A stretch of DNA of 64,000 bases from a virus. Numbering within the stretch: position 1 is the stretch's first letter; each line of letters opens with the position of its first letter. Below are positions 19,464 through 31,400 of this stretch, one piece after another. The notes beneath the pieces are model-generated. The model was given only the letters and a program-made list of their open reading frames with translations. It had not been told where the DNA came from and ran no database searches. The DNA is taken from positions 6,522 to 70,521 of the IMG/VR virus record IMGVR_UViG_3300028025_002503; one strand, given 5' to 3'. A program made the position numbers and the translations under genes.

Positions 19464-22400
19464 TGCCAGATCAAGAAAATCTCATAAACAGAAAAGGTGT
19501 AGCGTTAAATCTTCCAAAGACACCAATCGTTCCTTTTTTTCCATCTGCTCCAGCAGCAGAAGATGGATTACCAGGAATGTCAGTGAATGATTATTTTTCA
19601 GCAAAACTGAATGCTCAAAAGCCAGCAATTGAAGATATTCCTGTGTCTTCATTTTATATTGGAGACAGGTATCCAGAAACTAGACCTGGTACTGATTATG
19701 AGGAAATGGCTGGTCAACAGCAATCATCATTAGATAAGTTGGCAAATGGTACAGTTAAGATGTTAGGTAGTGCAACCACCTCTTTTGCATCTGGTACTGT
19801 TGGTTTATTGTATGGAACTCTAGCTTCTGTATTTGAACAAAGGTTGGCATCATTAATTGATAATGATGTTACTAGGCAGATGGATAACATGTCCAAGAAA
19901 TTGGAAGATGTTCTTCCAAACTATTATACGAAAGCGGAAACAAATGCTGAATGGTATTCTCCAAACAACGTTCTCACTGCAAACTTTTGGTCAGATAAGA
20001 TTATTAAAAACCTTGGATTTTCTTTAGGTGCAATTGCAGGTGGTGCAGCTTGGTCTTCTGTATTTAAAAGTATAGGACTTACAAATGCATTGGTAAAAGC
20101 AGGTGCAGGAATGGAAGCTGCTACAGCTGTAGAGGCTGCAATGACACAGTCTCCTAATCTTCAGAAATATAATGCAATTGAATCTGCACTAGGTTCTCTT
20201 TCACAAAAATATATAAGAACTCCTGCCTCCTCATTATTAAAAAATTCAGACAGAATCCTTACGTCTGCAATGGGAACCTTTGGAGAAGCATCTATAGAAG
20301 GTTTGCAAAATTTAAATGAGTTTAGAAACAAAGCAATTAATGAGTATAGGGATTTGTATGGTAAAACTCCAGAAGGCAAAGATCTCGAAGATATAAATAA
20401 ATTTGCTGATAAAATAGGTATGTACACATGGGGCTTTAACACAATGTTGCTTACAGGTACAAACTACATTCAACTTCCTAAAATCTTAGGATCTTCAAGA
20501 AGAGCTGATAAGGCAATGATCAATGAAATTGGTCAGGAAGCTATTGGTGGTGATTTTACAAAAACTGTTGCAAGAACAAGATTTGGAAAACTAGTTGATG
20601 GTGCACGAGGTGTAGGATCTTTGATATTTGCTCCATCAGAAGCATTTGAAGAAGGTGCTCAGTTTGCTGTTCAAACAGGTGTAGATAATTATTTTGAAAG
20701 AGCATATAAAAATAAAGAAGGCGTAAAATCATTCTTTCAGTCAATGAATGAGGTGGGAAAGAATGTATTTGGTGAGGGAGTAGAAGAAACTCTTGGTACA
20801 AAAGAGGGCTTGGAGAACATCCTTATTGGTGGACTATCGGGTGGACTTCAGCAATCTGGAATTGTAGGAACATATACAGATGAAGAAACTGGTAAGACAG
20901 GTATAGGGTTTGGTAAATCTGGAACACTTGGAGAACAAGGACTGTTTGGTCTTGGTGGTGAAAAAGGAAAGAACACAGATCTTGCTGTAGTTGCGCTTAA
21001 TAAAACTAAGCTTCCTCAACTATTTAAAGATGGTGCAAAGTATTTTGGAATAGGTATGGGTTCTCAACAAATGAGACAAGATGCTATTGCCAATAATGAT
21101 AAACTTTCTGAAAAAGATTATGAGGCAGATTACATGTTCTCATATCTTATGCCAAGAGTTAAGTATGGTAAGCTAGCGTCTGTTGATGGTGAGCTTGCTG
21201 CTTATGAAAGTCAGGCAATGACAGTTGATGGTTTCAATGAGTTAAAAACTAGTGGCATTGTAAACAAAGAAGAATCAAGAGAACAGTTTCTTGAAAGAAT
21301 CAACCATGTTAGAGAGACAGCTAAAGACATGGACAGGTTATATTCAACTATCAGAGACAAGTATGAGACTGTATACGATGATGACAATAAGAGAAAGTAC
21401 TCAGATGCAGTTTTGGATAAGCTTGTATACGCTGCGTCAAAGATTAAAAATTACGACAGTAGGATTCCTAGCTTAAATGAAAAATTAGTTATATCAGGAG
21501 TGGATGCTCAATCTATAATTGATGATGTTGTTAAGACAGGAAACCTATCTGAAGAAAGTGTAAAAGATGTAGCTGACCAAATTAATAAGCTTAATGGTAC
21601 TGATGATCAAATAGAAGATAGTGTTCAGAATGTAAAAGACCTTGCAGAACTTGCATTAAGGAGAAAAAAGTTTATTGATGACTACAATGCAATAAAAGCC
21701 AATCCTAAAAACTTTGAAGATGTTCCAGATGTTCCCAAAGCTCCTGAAGGTGCTGAGGTTTCCGAAAAACGTACAATTAAACTAAAGACAAAGATTGGAG
21801 AAAAGGATTTTGAAATAGGTACAGAGTATTTTCTTGGAAAAAGAATTTATAAGACCAAAGAAGGATATGAAGTTTATAGGTTTCCAAAACTCACTATTCT
21901 TGGAGAGAATGAGGATGGTACAATTAAAATCAAAGATAGTGATGGGGGAGTGAGGGATGTTTCTAAAGCTGTATTGGCTGAATACAGACTTCATAAAGTG
22001 AGTGATGTTGCTACAAATGAAAATGCAAATTTTTATTTAAGGAACATGAATAATATAGTGTACTGGAATAGAGGAAAGGATAAAGGGGGTGAGGTTCCTG
22101 GTAGACTTGTATATGATGATAATGGTAAACTCTATTTTGTATATAAGAACAAAAAAGGAGAGATTAAAGAAACAGAAGTTGGACTTGATTCATTTAAACC
22201 TAAGAAGGGATATTTGAATGGAGTGTTTAGGTTTGGGCAAACTCTTACTAAAGAAGATATTGCTGATATTGAAAAAAGAGAAGCATCTGGAAAAACAAAA
22301 GAAGACGTAGAATCAAGAAGGGCTAATAGATTAAAAATACTTAGTGATCTATTTGATGAGGTTTCAGATAAACTAACATCTACTAACAATCTCATTCAGC

Positions 22401-25400
22401 AGAAGTATGCTCAGTTTGAAAAGATTGTAAACGATCTTACAAAACTGCAGGAGAAGATTAAAGTTGGTGAACTTACTAAGACTAATACATTTAAGAAGAC
22501 AACCAATAATACAATCAAGGCTGCAAACAAACTTTCAAGAATGCAAGAAGACTTGCGTCTTGAAATTGAAAAGCTTGAAGCAGAAAAAGAACAGCTTGAA
22601 ATAAACCAAGCTTATATATTTGATCTTTCTGAGGGGTTGGACGAACTTCCTTCAGACAGCAGGGAGTTCTTAAAAGAACTTCAGAATGAGAAAGATGCTA
22701 TCACTGATCTAGTTGTTGAATCTGGACTTGCTATTAATTCTCTTTCTAAATTACTTGATAATGTAGAAGGTGCATTAAAGACAGCTGTTGATTTTGCACT
22801 TGATCTCATTAGAAAGTTTGAAGCTAAATACCCCAATCTTCCATACACACCACTTGGACTTCGTGAGTTCTTGAATAAAGACCTTGAGTTTAAAGGTGTC
22901 TATCCAGATTATCAATCCTATCTACAGGCTAATCCAAATCTATTAGCTGATCTTACAGAGTTCGAAAGAGACATTGCTGAAATAGATGACCTTGATGTTG
23001 TTCCTAACGAACGTTCTGTTGCTGAACTTAAATCAGAAATAGAAAAGCTCTATGAACAAATCAGTGAAGCAGAAAAACAATTAAGAGCAAAGAGTCTTGT
23101 ATTAGATAGGTTTAGTGATATTGCTGCTGCTTATAAAAAACAACAAGAAGAAGAAAAAGCTTTTGCTAAAGATAATAAGTTAAGAGAAGAATTCATTGGT
23201 ACTAACACAGATGATGTAGAAACTCTTATAGCTGAGGATCTTCAGAATTATGAAGCGGCTGCTAAGAAAGGGGACTATGGTGTTGTAGGTGGCACAATGC
23301 CTATTGATGATGGTAAAGCTCATCAAAAAAGAGCAAACAATTTTGGTTTCAGATTACCAAAGATTGATCCAAATGGAGATGAGATATTTGGTATTGTTGT
23401 AACACAAAAGACAGAAGATAAACTTGGACTTAAGGGATTGATGAATCATCTCTATCCAACAGATCCTGGTACAGTGATTGCTCTTGTAATGGTTAGAAAA
23501 GATGAGTATGGTACATATTCTCTTGTAGATGAATTTGGTGAAGTGATCCCTGCAGGATCTGACATGATTAACAACGCCATCTATCAGGTGTTCCCTGAGA
23601 AGAAACTTACAGCCACATACAACGGTAAGGTGGAAAGTATGTTTAGGGATGCAACCTCTGAAACAAGGCAACCTATTATAAAAGCTCTCACAGAACAATA
23701 TTCTGCCTGGAGAGATGCACGACTTGCTGAAACAACACTTGGTAAACCTAGAAGTGTAGGTGCTTCGTTTGGTGTACCAGAATACGTTAAACAACTTAAA
23801 CCTGACGGTACAGAAGGTCCTATAGATTATGCTGCAAGAACTTCTGCTACAGAATCTGGTCTTATATCTGAAGCAGATTTATCAAATGGTAGAGTGTTAT
23901 TGTTCTCTACAACAAACGATGCTGTTGCTAATGGATCTGTAGTGTTTAACACTCCTCTTGGTAGAGTGTTCTTAAAAGTTCCTGGTGGATTGGTTAAATT
24001 GTTCAACAGAAGGTTTAATAAAAAAGAAGCCACTACATTGTTTGATGTAATATATCAAGCTACTAAAAATGCTGTTGAAGATAAAACATTAAAAACAGAA
24101 AGAACACAATTGTTGTTCAACTGGTTAAAGTCTGTAACTTATTGGGGTATTGCAAAGAATACACAAACAAAGGTAAGGAAAGATAAAGCTGGATATAATA
24201 ATATATGGTTTGAAGATGTAGCAGATGATAAAGGTGCAACAACAACCAGGTTGTTTATATCTGGAAAAGGTAAGTCATACGCATTCACACCAAGTTCTCT
24301 TGAAGCTAACAGAGATGAGATAATCAGTTTGTTACAGAATTTGTATTTTAATGCTAATGCTACAATGTCCAATAAGGATGCATACAATAAAAAATACAAA
24401 GAGATAACTGGTATTGATAAAGATGGTAATCCTCAATTTACCACTTGGGATAACTACCAAACATTCCTTCTGTCTTCTAAAGGTAGGAAGAAGGATGAAG
24501 TTCCTTTTACAACAGTGTTGAAACCACAAACTGATCCAGATGCTGTAAATAGGAAAGATATTTATTTTAAAATTAGAGATATAGCTGATGACTATGTTAT
24601 TCCTGAACCTGTTCCTGTTGTAACACAGTCACCTGTAGCACCAGCCTCTACAGTAACACCAGGTGCACCATCTGCTGACAACTTAGCTAAGATAGCCAAG
24701 CTTAAAGAAGTTAAAGAACTTATTGCTAATACAGATGACATCAATTTTAAAATGGATGAAATCTTTGCAGTGGTTGATGAGGCAGCTTATGAAGCATGGA
24801 TGCCAGGTGCTGTAGAAGCTAACATAGCTGAAATAAGACCATTGATTGCAGATGCAAATGATGAATTAGATGCTGCAAACATTTCTGGAAAATATCTAAT
24901 TCCTAAATTCATTGATGCAGAAATAGCTAAATTAGAAAAAGCACCAGCTGCACCAGCAGCTTCAACCACCACCACCACTGCAACAACTCCAGGAGTTTAT
25001 ATTTTAGATGGTGTGCAAAAGAATACTTATTATTTAAAAGATGGTAAAGGTGCAATCTATTTTACAGCTGATATAAAGAAGTACAATCCAGCAGATGGAA
25101 CAATGCCATTAAGTTTTGAAGCAGCTGATGAAGCAACTGCTCAATGGTTAACAGATACATTTAAGACAGAAGCTGTTATAAAACAAAAAGTTGCTGGTTC
25201 AATAATGCTTGCATTAAAACCACAAATTGATGCATACGTTGCTCCTGTAGCTCCTGCTGAAGTTCCTTTTGTTCCTATGCAAACAGCTCCTGTTGTTACA
25301 GATACTAAAGATGATGTAAAAAGAAGAAGGCAAGAAGATAATAACTCTCCTGCTAGACAGTCTGTAAAATATAAACTTCAAAATAAAATAGCAGGTATAG

Positions 25401-28400
25401 ACAATCCTAGTCTAGGAAATGAAGTAGTTAATTTATCAGAAGCTATAAAAATTGCAGGTTTCAAAATATCTACTCCTATAAAAATTACCGAAGGAGAGAT
25501 TACCCATGTAGTTTTCGACCAAGAGGAATCTATGTTTAGATTTACTTATAAGGGAAAACAATTTGCTGCTTTTTATACAGCTAATGCAAGAGGAAATGTT
25601 AGATGGGAAGTAACAAAGATTAATGACCAAACAGGTACTTATCAAGTTGTTAATATAGATGAACTAAAAAATATTATTGAAAAATATGGTTCTCAAAGAG
25701 ACTTGCTACTGAGTTTAGGAGCTAAAAATTTAGTTGAGGATATTGAAAATTTTGAAAAGGTAGAATATTCTACTGAAGATAAATCTTCTGGAAATGGTAT
25801 TATTCCTTTAGAGAATACAGTTTCTGCAGAACAAGTAAGGCTTGCAAAGAAATATGGAGTAACATATACTCTTGAAGATTTCTTAAAACAATATGATGCA
25901 GAACTAGCTGCTTTAGAAGGAGCTAAACCTACTGTTGATACATCTGCACCATTTGATTCAGATGGTTGGGATGATGAACCAATTGTAAGACCTGATGACA
26001 GAGCTCATCGTATAATGCTAGCAAATCAAATTAATAACTACATAAGTGAAGATTGGAATAAGTTGGAAGCATGGTTAAAAGCCAATTTCTTCAATATTCC
26101 TTTCTACAGATTGAAGAATGTTATTCAAGCTACAAATGGTAGGCAAGCTTGGGGTATGTTTCATAAAGGAGCAGTTTACGTTTATGAGAATGCTGAAGTG
26201 GGCACTGCCTATCATGAAGTGTTTGAAGCTGTATGGAAAATGTTCACTGATCCAAAAGAACAAAAAGCAATCCTTGATGAGTTCAAGAAGAGGAGAGGAA
26301 CATTTGTAGATAGGGAAACTCAAAAAACAGTTAACTATAAAGATGCCACTCCTTATCAAATCAAGGAACAATTAGCTGAAGAGTTTAGAGACTTTGTTCT
26401 TACAAACAAAAATGTTGGTAAACCTACGTATGGTAAATCACTTATCAGTAGAATGTTTACTGAGCTTGTTAACTTTATCAGAGAATTGTTTTATGGTCCA
26501 AAGGCTCAGACTAATACAGCAAACTTGTTTGCAAAAATAGGTAATGGGTATTATAAAAACTATGTACCTTATGAGTCTTCTCTAGGATTTGCACAAAATG
26601 GTATAATTGATATTGATCAAGCTGAAGGTGATGAAAGTTCTGAATTTAGATTAGACAACATCCCTGCTGTACAACAACATGAGATTATACAAAACATGAC
26701 GTACAGCACATTGTCTACACTATCTAGGACTAATAAAGATTTATTTAGTACAGGTTCTTTGAATAAAGCAGAACTTTACGACAGACTTAAGAAAGAAACA
26801 AAACAGCTTATTCGTTGGCAAGGATCACAGATTGAACAAAATATTAAAGATGGTTTGATTAATGCATCAGCTTTACCAAAAGCTCAAGCTGACATTAATG
26901 CTTTGAGATTCTTGTATACAAATGTTGAAGCAGATTGGGCTGCTATTATTGAGAAACACCAAGAGCATTTAAAAACTTTCTCTGTTGAGTTTGATGAGAA
27001 CGATCAGATAGAAATTAAAGATGAAGATAAAGGTAAGGACACTCCTTATGGAGATTCTAGGAAAATAGATGGATTTAGAAAAGCAAACTCTGCAATTAAA
27101 CTTATTATAGGAACACTTCCAGTTATGGAAATGACTGCTGAAGGTCCTAGAATTAAGCGTACAAGCATAGGTGGTGCTATGTTGTTGCCTTCTGACAAAG
27201 TGTTTATTACAGTGATGAGTAAGCTTCATGATGCTGTCAACATTGATGACATGTTGAACAAGTTGAGGATTCTTGCTGAAGGTAATCCAGACTATAGGTC
27301 TTTGTATGAACGTATCGCAAGACGACCTTTTGATCAACCTGGTATTGATTATTCACAGATGCAAAATGACTATGACTTACAATTAATCACATCATTCTGG
27401 AGAACATTTAAAAAACAGAATGCTGATGTAAGAATAGTGTTCGTTCTTCCTTCAGGAGATGTAGTTATTGGTGATTCTACATTAGCAAGTGCTGCTAAGC
27501 AAGCTAGAGTTGAGATGACCAACTCAATGGTTAAATCAATAAAAGCCAATCCTATTTATTTGAAATATGATGAGAAGGCAAAGCTCTATCAACCTCAGGA
27601 TGCTATCAATCAAGTTAAGTTAAACCCTGCAGTTTTAAGCACTTACACAAAGTTTCTAGCAAATATAGGTATAGAATTTGATCCAGCCAGAGTGGCAAAA
27701 ATGACTGACAAGCAACAGCTTGCATTCAGAGATGCTGTTCAAGGAATTCGTACCAGTTTAATTGAAGCAACTAATGTTGGATCACTTAATTCTAAAAGTC
27801 TTAGTATAGATGGTCAGCTTTTAAATCTTGGTGCAATCAAAGCTGTTTTAGAAAATCCTGAATTCGAAAGTACGTATTTCAATCTTAATGGCGAGCGTGC
27901 TCAAACATTTATTGGTACAAACGCTGTTAGTGATTTGTATGATGTTCTGTTTAAAATACGTAGTATTAATGAACTAAAGACAAACACTAGTTATTTACAA
28001 TATAAATATCTCACTACAGACAGTTTTGCAAAGGGAAGCAACTTGTTAAACAGAATGTTTAATTTAAATGATCCAAGAGGTTCTCGTAGAGATGAAACTC
28101 AAGATCTTCTCAAAACTGCTTATGTTGATGGTACAGTTAATGAAGAAAATGGTAAGAAGAAAGAATCATCAAAGCTTACTCTAAAAGAACGTATCATTCA
28201 AGAGATGAATTTGAACTTGGATGGATATTACATGCACCTTGTTCCTGGTGATGCGTCTATTGAGTGGATGTCTAAATTAGGAAATGCCATCAGTGAAGAC
28301 ATGTTGGCTGGAGATAACTACGAGGATGTATATGAAATATTCAAAGAATACTTCATGTCAGAAGTTGAGCTATCTAGAGAAAATAGACCAATTGTGCAGG

Positions 28401-31400
28401 ATGAGGGTAAGACTAGAAACTCTAGAGATCTTCGTTTCTTTAAGAGTATTCTTGATAATGACAAACTTCACAAGTCCATCATAGCTAAAACAAATGACAG
28501 TCTCACTCCTGCTGAAGTTTATAAAAAATATAAGCCTGATATTGAGAGAGCTGTTAAAGCGTTTATTGAAGCAGAAACTAAAAAAACAGAAACCAATCTT
28601 AGACAATACGGTATTATTTTTGAAACAGAAGAAGGAACAAGTGTAGAAAACCTAGCGTTCTCTAAAGAAGAAACAATCTCTCAAGAAGACTTGATGAGAA
28701 ATCTCAAAGCTCTGACAATCAATTACATGATTTCCAACATAGAGCTTCATAAACTTGTATACTCAGATCCATATCAATACAAGGATGAATTGAAACGTAT
28801 TAAGAACTTCCTTTCTCCACGTACACCACTGATAGCTGATTCTCAAGCAATCAATGAAGCTCTTGATAATACATACAATAAAGATTTTCAAGATAAAGAT
28901 GATATTGGTCGTACAGATTTTGTAAGAGATTATTTTAGATCAATCACTCTTGCTGATGTAGTGGCTGTTAGTGATCTTCCTGGATATGTTCCATATAAAG
29001 ACACAGATGGTGGTGGTTTAATTACATTTAAAGCTAATCGTAACTTTAGACTTCGTGCTGGACAATGGAATTCTGATGAAGAGAAGCAATATAAGTTTGA
29101 TGTTAAGTTTGAAAAGCTTGTAAAATCTGGAGCAAGCAAAGAAGAAATTAAAAAGTTTCTTAAAGGTAATCCAGGAATCATGAGTGCTTATACTCCACTT
29201 AAACCTATTGTTTCTGGTAATAAAAGAAATGGTAGAACATATAATGATATTCTTCTAGATAAGTTTGCACTTGTTCCACAATCATTCAGGATATTGTACG
29301 AAATCAATCCAGAATCTAATGCTCTTAAGTTGTACAACAAGATGCAAGAAGAGGATATTGACTATGCTGTATTTGCTTCAGGTAGAAAGGTTGGTGCTGA
29401 AAAGATACATAGTGTATACAATGGAGACAAATTTAATGATGCTCCTTTTGAAACACCAAATGAGAAACTTACACCAGATCAACCCCAGGGAGTTACATTT
29501 GTTCCATACAGTATTGTAAGTGTACAGGCTGAAGTTCCATCTAAAGAAGCAGCTTATGTAACACAGGGATCTCAGATAACTAAGCTTGCTACAATGGACT
29601 TCATGGAAGCAGGTGTACCAATTGATTTTGAACCTACACTTGATTTTGATGATCGTTTTATAAAATGGATGGGACTTAGTGAAGATGAGAAAATGAAGTC
29701 TGAGCTTTATAAAGAGATTAAAAACAATCAGTCACTTCTACAAGCTAAGATTGAGGAAGGATTTAACACTCTCATTAAAGATCTTGGAATCAAACAAACT
29801 GAAACAACTGTTGTAGATCCTGAAACAAATGAGAAAAAAGTTGTTAAGTCCTTTGTTATAGAAGATAAAGATAAATTATCAAACACTCTTAAAGAAGAAG
29901 TTCTTAAAAGGGAAGTTAATGATAACATCATTGAAGCATTCAATGGATTTAAGAAAGGAGATATTGTACTTGAAGCAACACCTGCTTACCAACAAATCAA
30001 AAACGTTCTTTATTCAATAGCTGATAAAAGAGTTATTTCTCCAAAGATTTCTGGTGGACAGAAGGTACAGATACCATCATCTTTCCTAGAGAGCAACAGA
30101 ATATTTAAGACTGAGAAAGGTGGATATCAATCTGACTTTCTTAAGTTTTATGAAAAAGATGGTGAGCGTGTGTGTGAAATTATGGTGGGCAGATGGTTTA
30201 AGAGTAATTTATCAGATGAAGCTCTTCTTAAATATCTAAACACAGATGAAGGTAAGAAGATTTTGTCTGGTATAGGATTTCGTATTCCTACACAGAAACA
30301 AAACTCAATTGATTCATTTGTAATCAAAGGATTTCTTCCTGCAGAATTTGGTGACTCAGTTGTAATCCCTTCTGAATTGGTTCAGAAGTCTGGATCTGAC
30401 TTTGATATAGATAAGCTCAGCTTGTATTTTAAGAATATATTCAAGGATTCAAAAGGTAATATCAATCTTGTTGAAAGAAAAGGATCTAGAGAAGAAACTA
30501 TAGCTTACTACAGTAAGGTGTTTGATGAAATTCTTGAGGGTTCAAAAATTAAGAAAGCTGAACTTTTTGAAGCCATAGATATTATCAATTATGGTTTAGA
30601 AGATCCTAAAAAGCTTGAAGAAAAATATGGTGACATATTAAATTCAATGTTGGAAGATTATGCAGAATACGAAGATCTTTCAGGTGCGTTGATGAGAGAA
30701 CTAGAAAAGCTAGGAGATGCAAATCTTCAAGCAGAGCTTAGAGAAAAGTATGCAACTCAGATGTACAAGAAAGCTTTAGAGAATGAATACATTCAGTCTC
30801 TTCAGAACCTCGTATCACATCCTGCAAACTTTGACAACCTAATCAAACCAAACTCTGCAGAACAATTACAAGACCTGGCTAAAGATGTTAATGAAAAACT
30901 TGGTAGACCAGAGACTGACTATTCTTCTCCAGGAAACATGTTGAGCAGAACATTTATGACAGATCTTAGACAAGCGTTCGTAAGTGGTAAGTATGCAATT
31001 GGTATTGCTGCAACAGCTCAAACACTACAAGCTCAGTTCCAACGCTTCTCTGGATATGTAGACTATGATAAGTTAGAAGGAGTTACTGAGGCTGATAAAA
31101 AATGGCTTGGTGATGGTAAAGTGAAGTTTGCTGAATTCAACACTGTTAATGTTCCTGGAAAAGGAGTGATGCCGTCTTTGTCAATGATCAATAATGCTGA
31201 AAGAAGTGAAAAGTATCCTAAAGGACAAACTATTACTGACATCATTGCTCAGTTCATTGATGGATATGTGGATATTGCAAAAGGTCCTTGGATTATGCAA
31301 CTTGGTGCTACACCAAACGTAGCTTCTACATGGTTGTTCCTTGCAAAGATTGGTGTACCTATTAAGACTGTGGCTTATTTCATGAACCAACCAATTGTTC

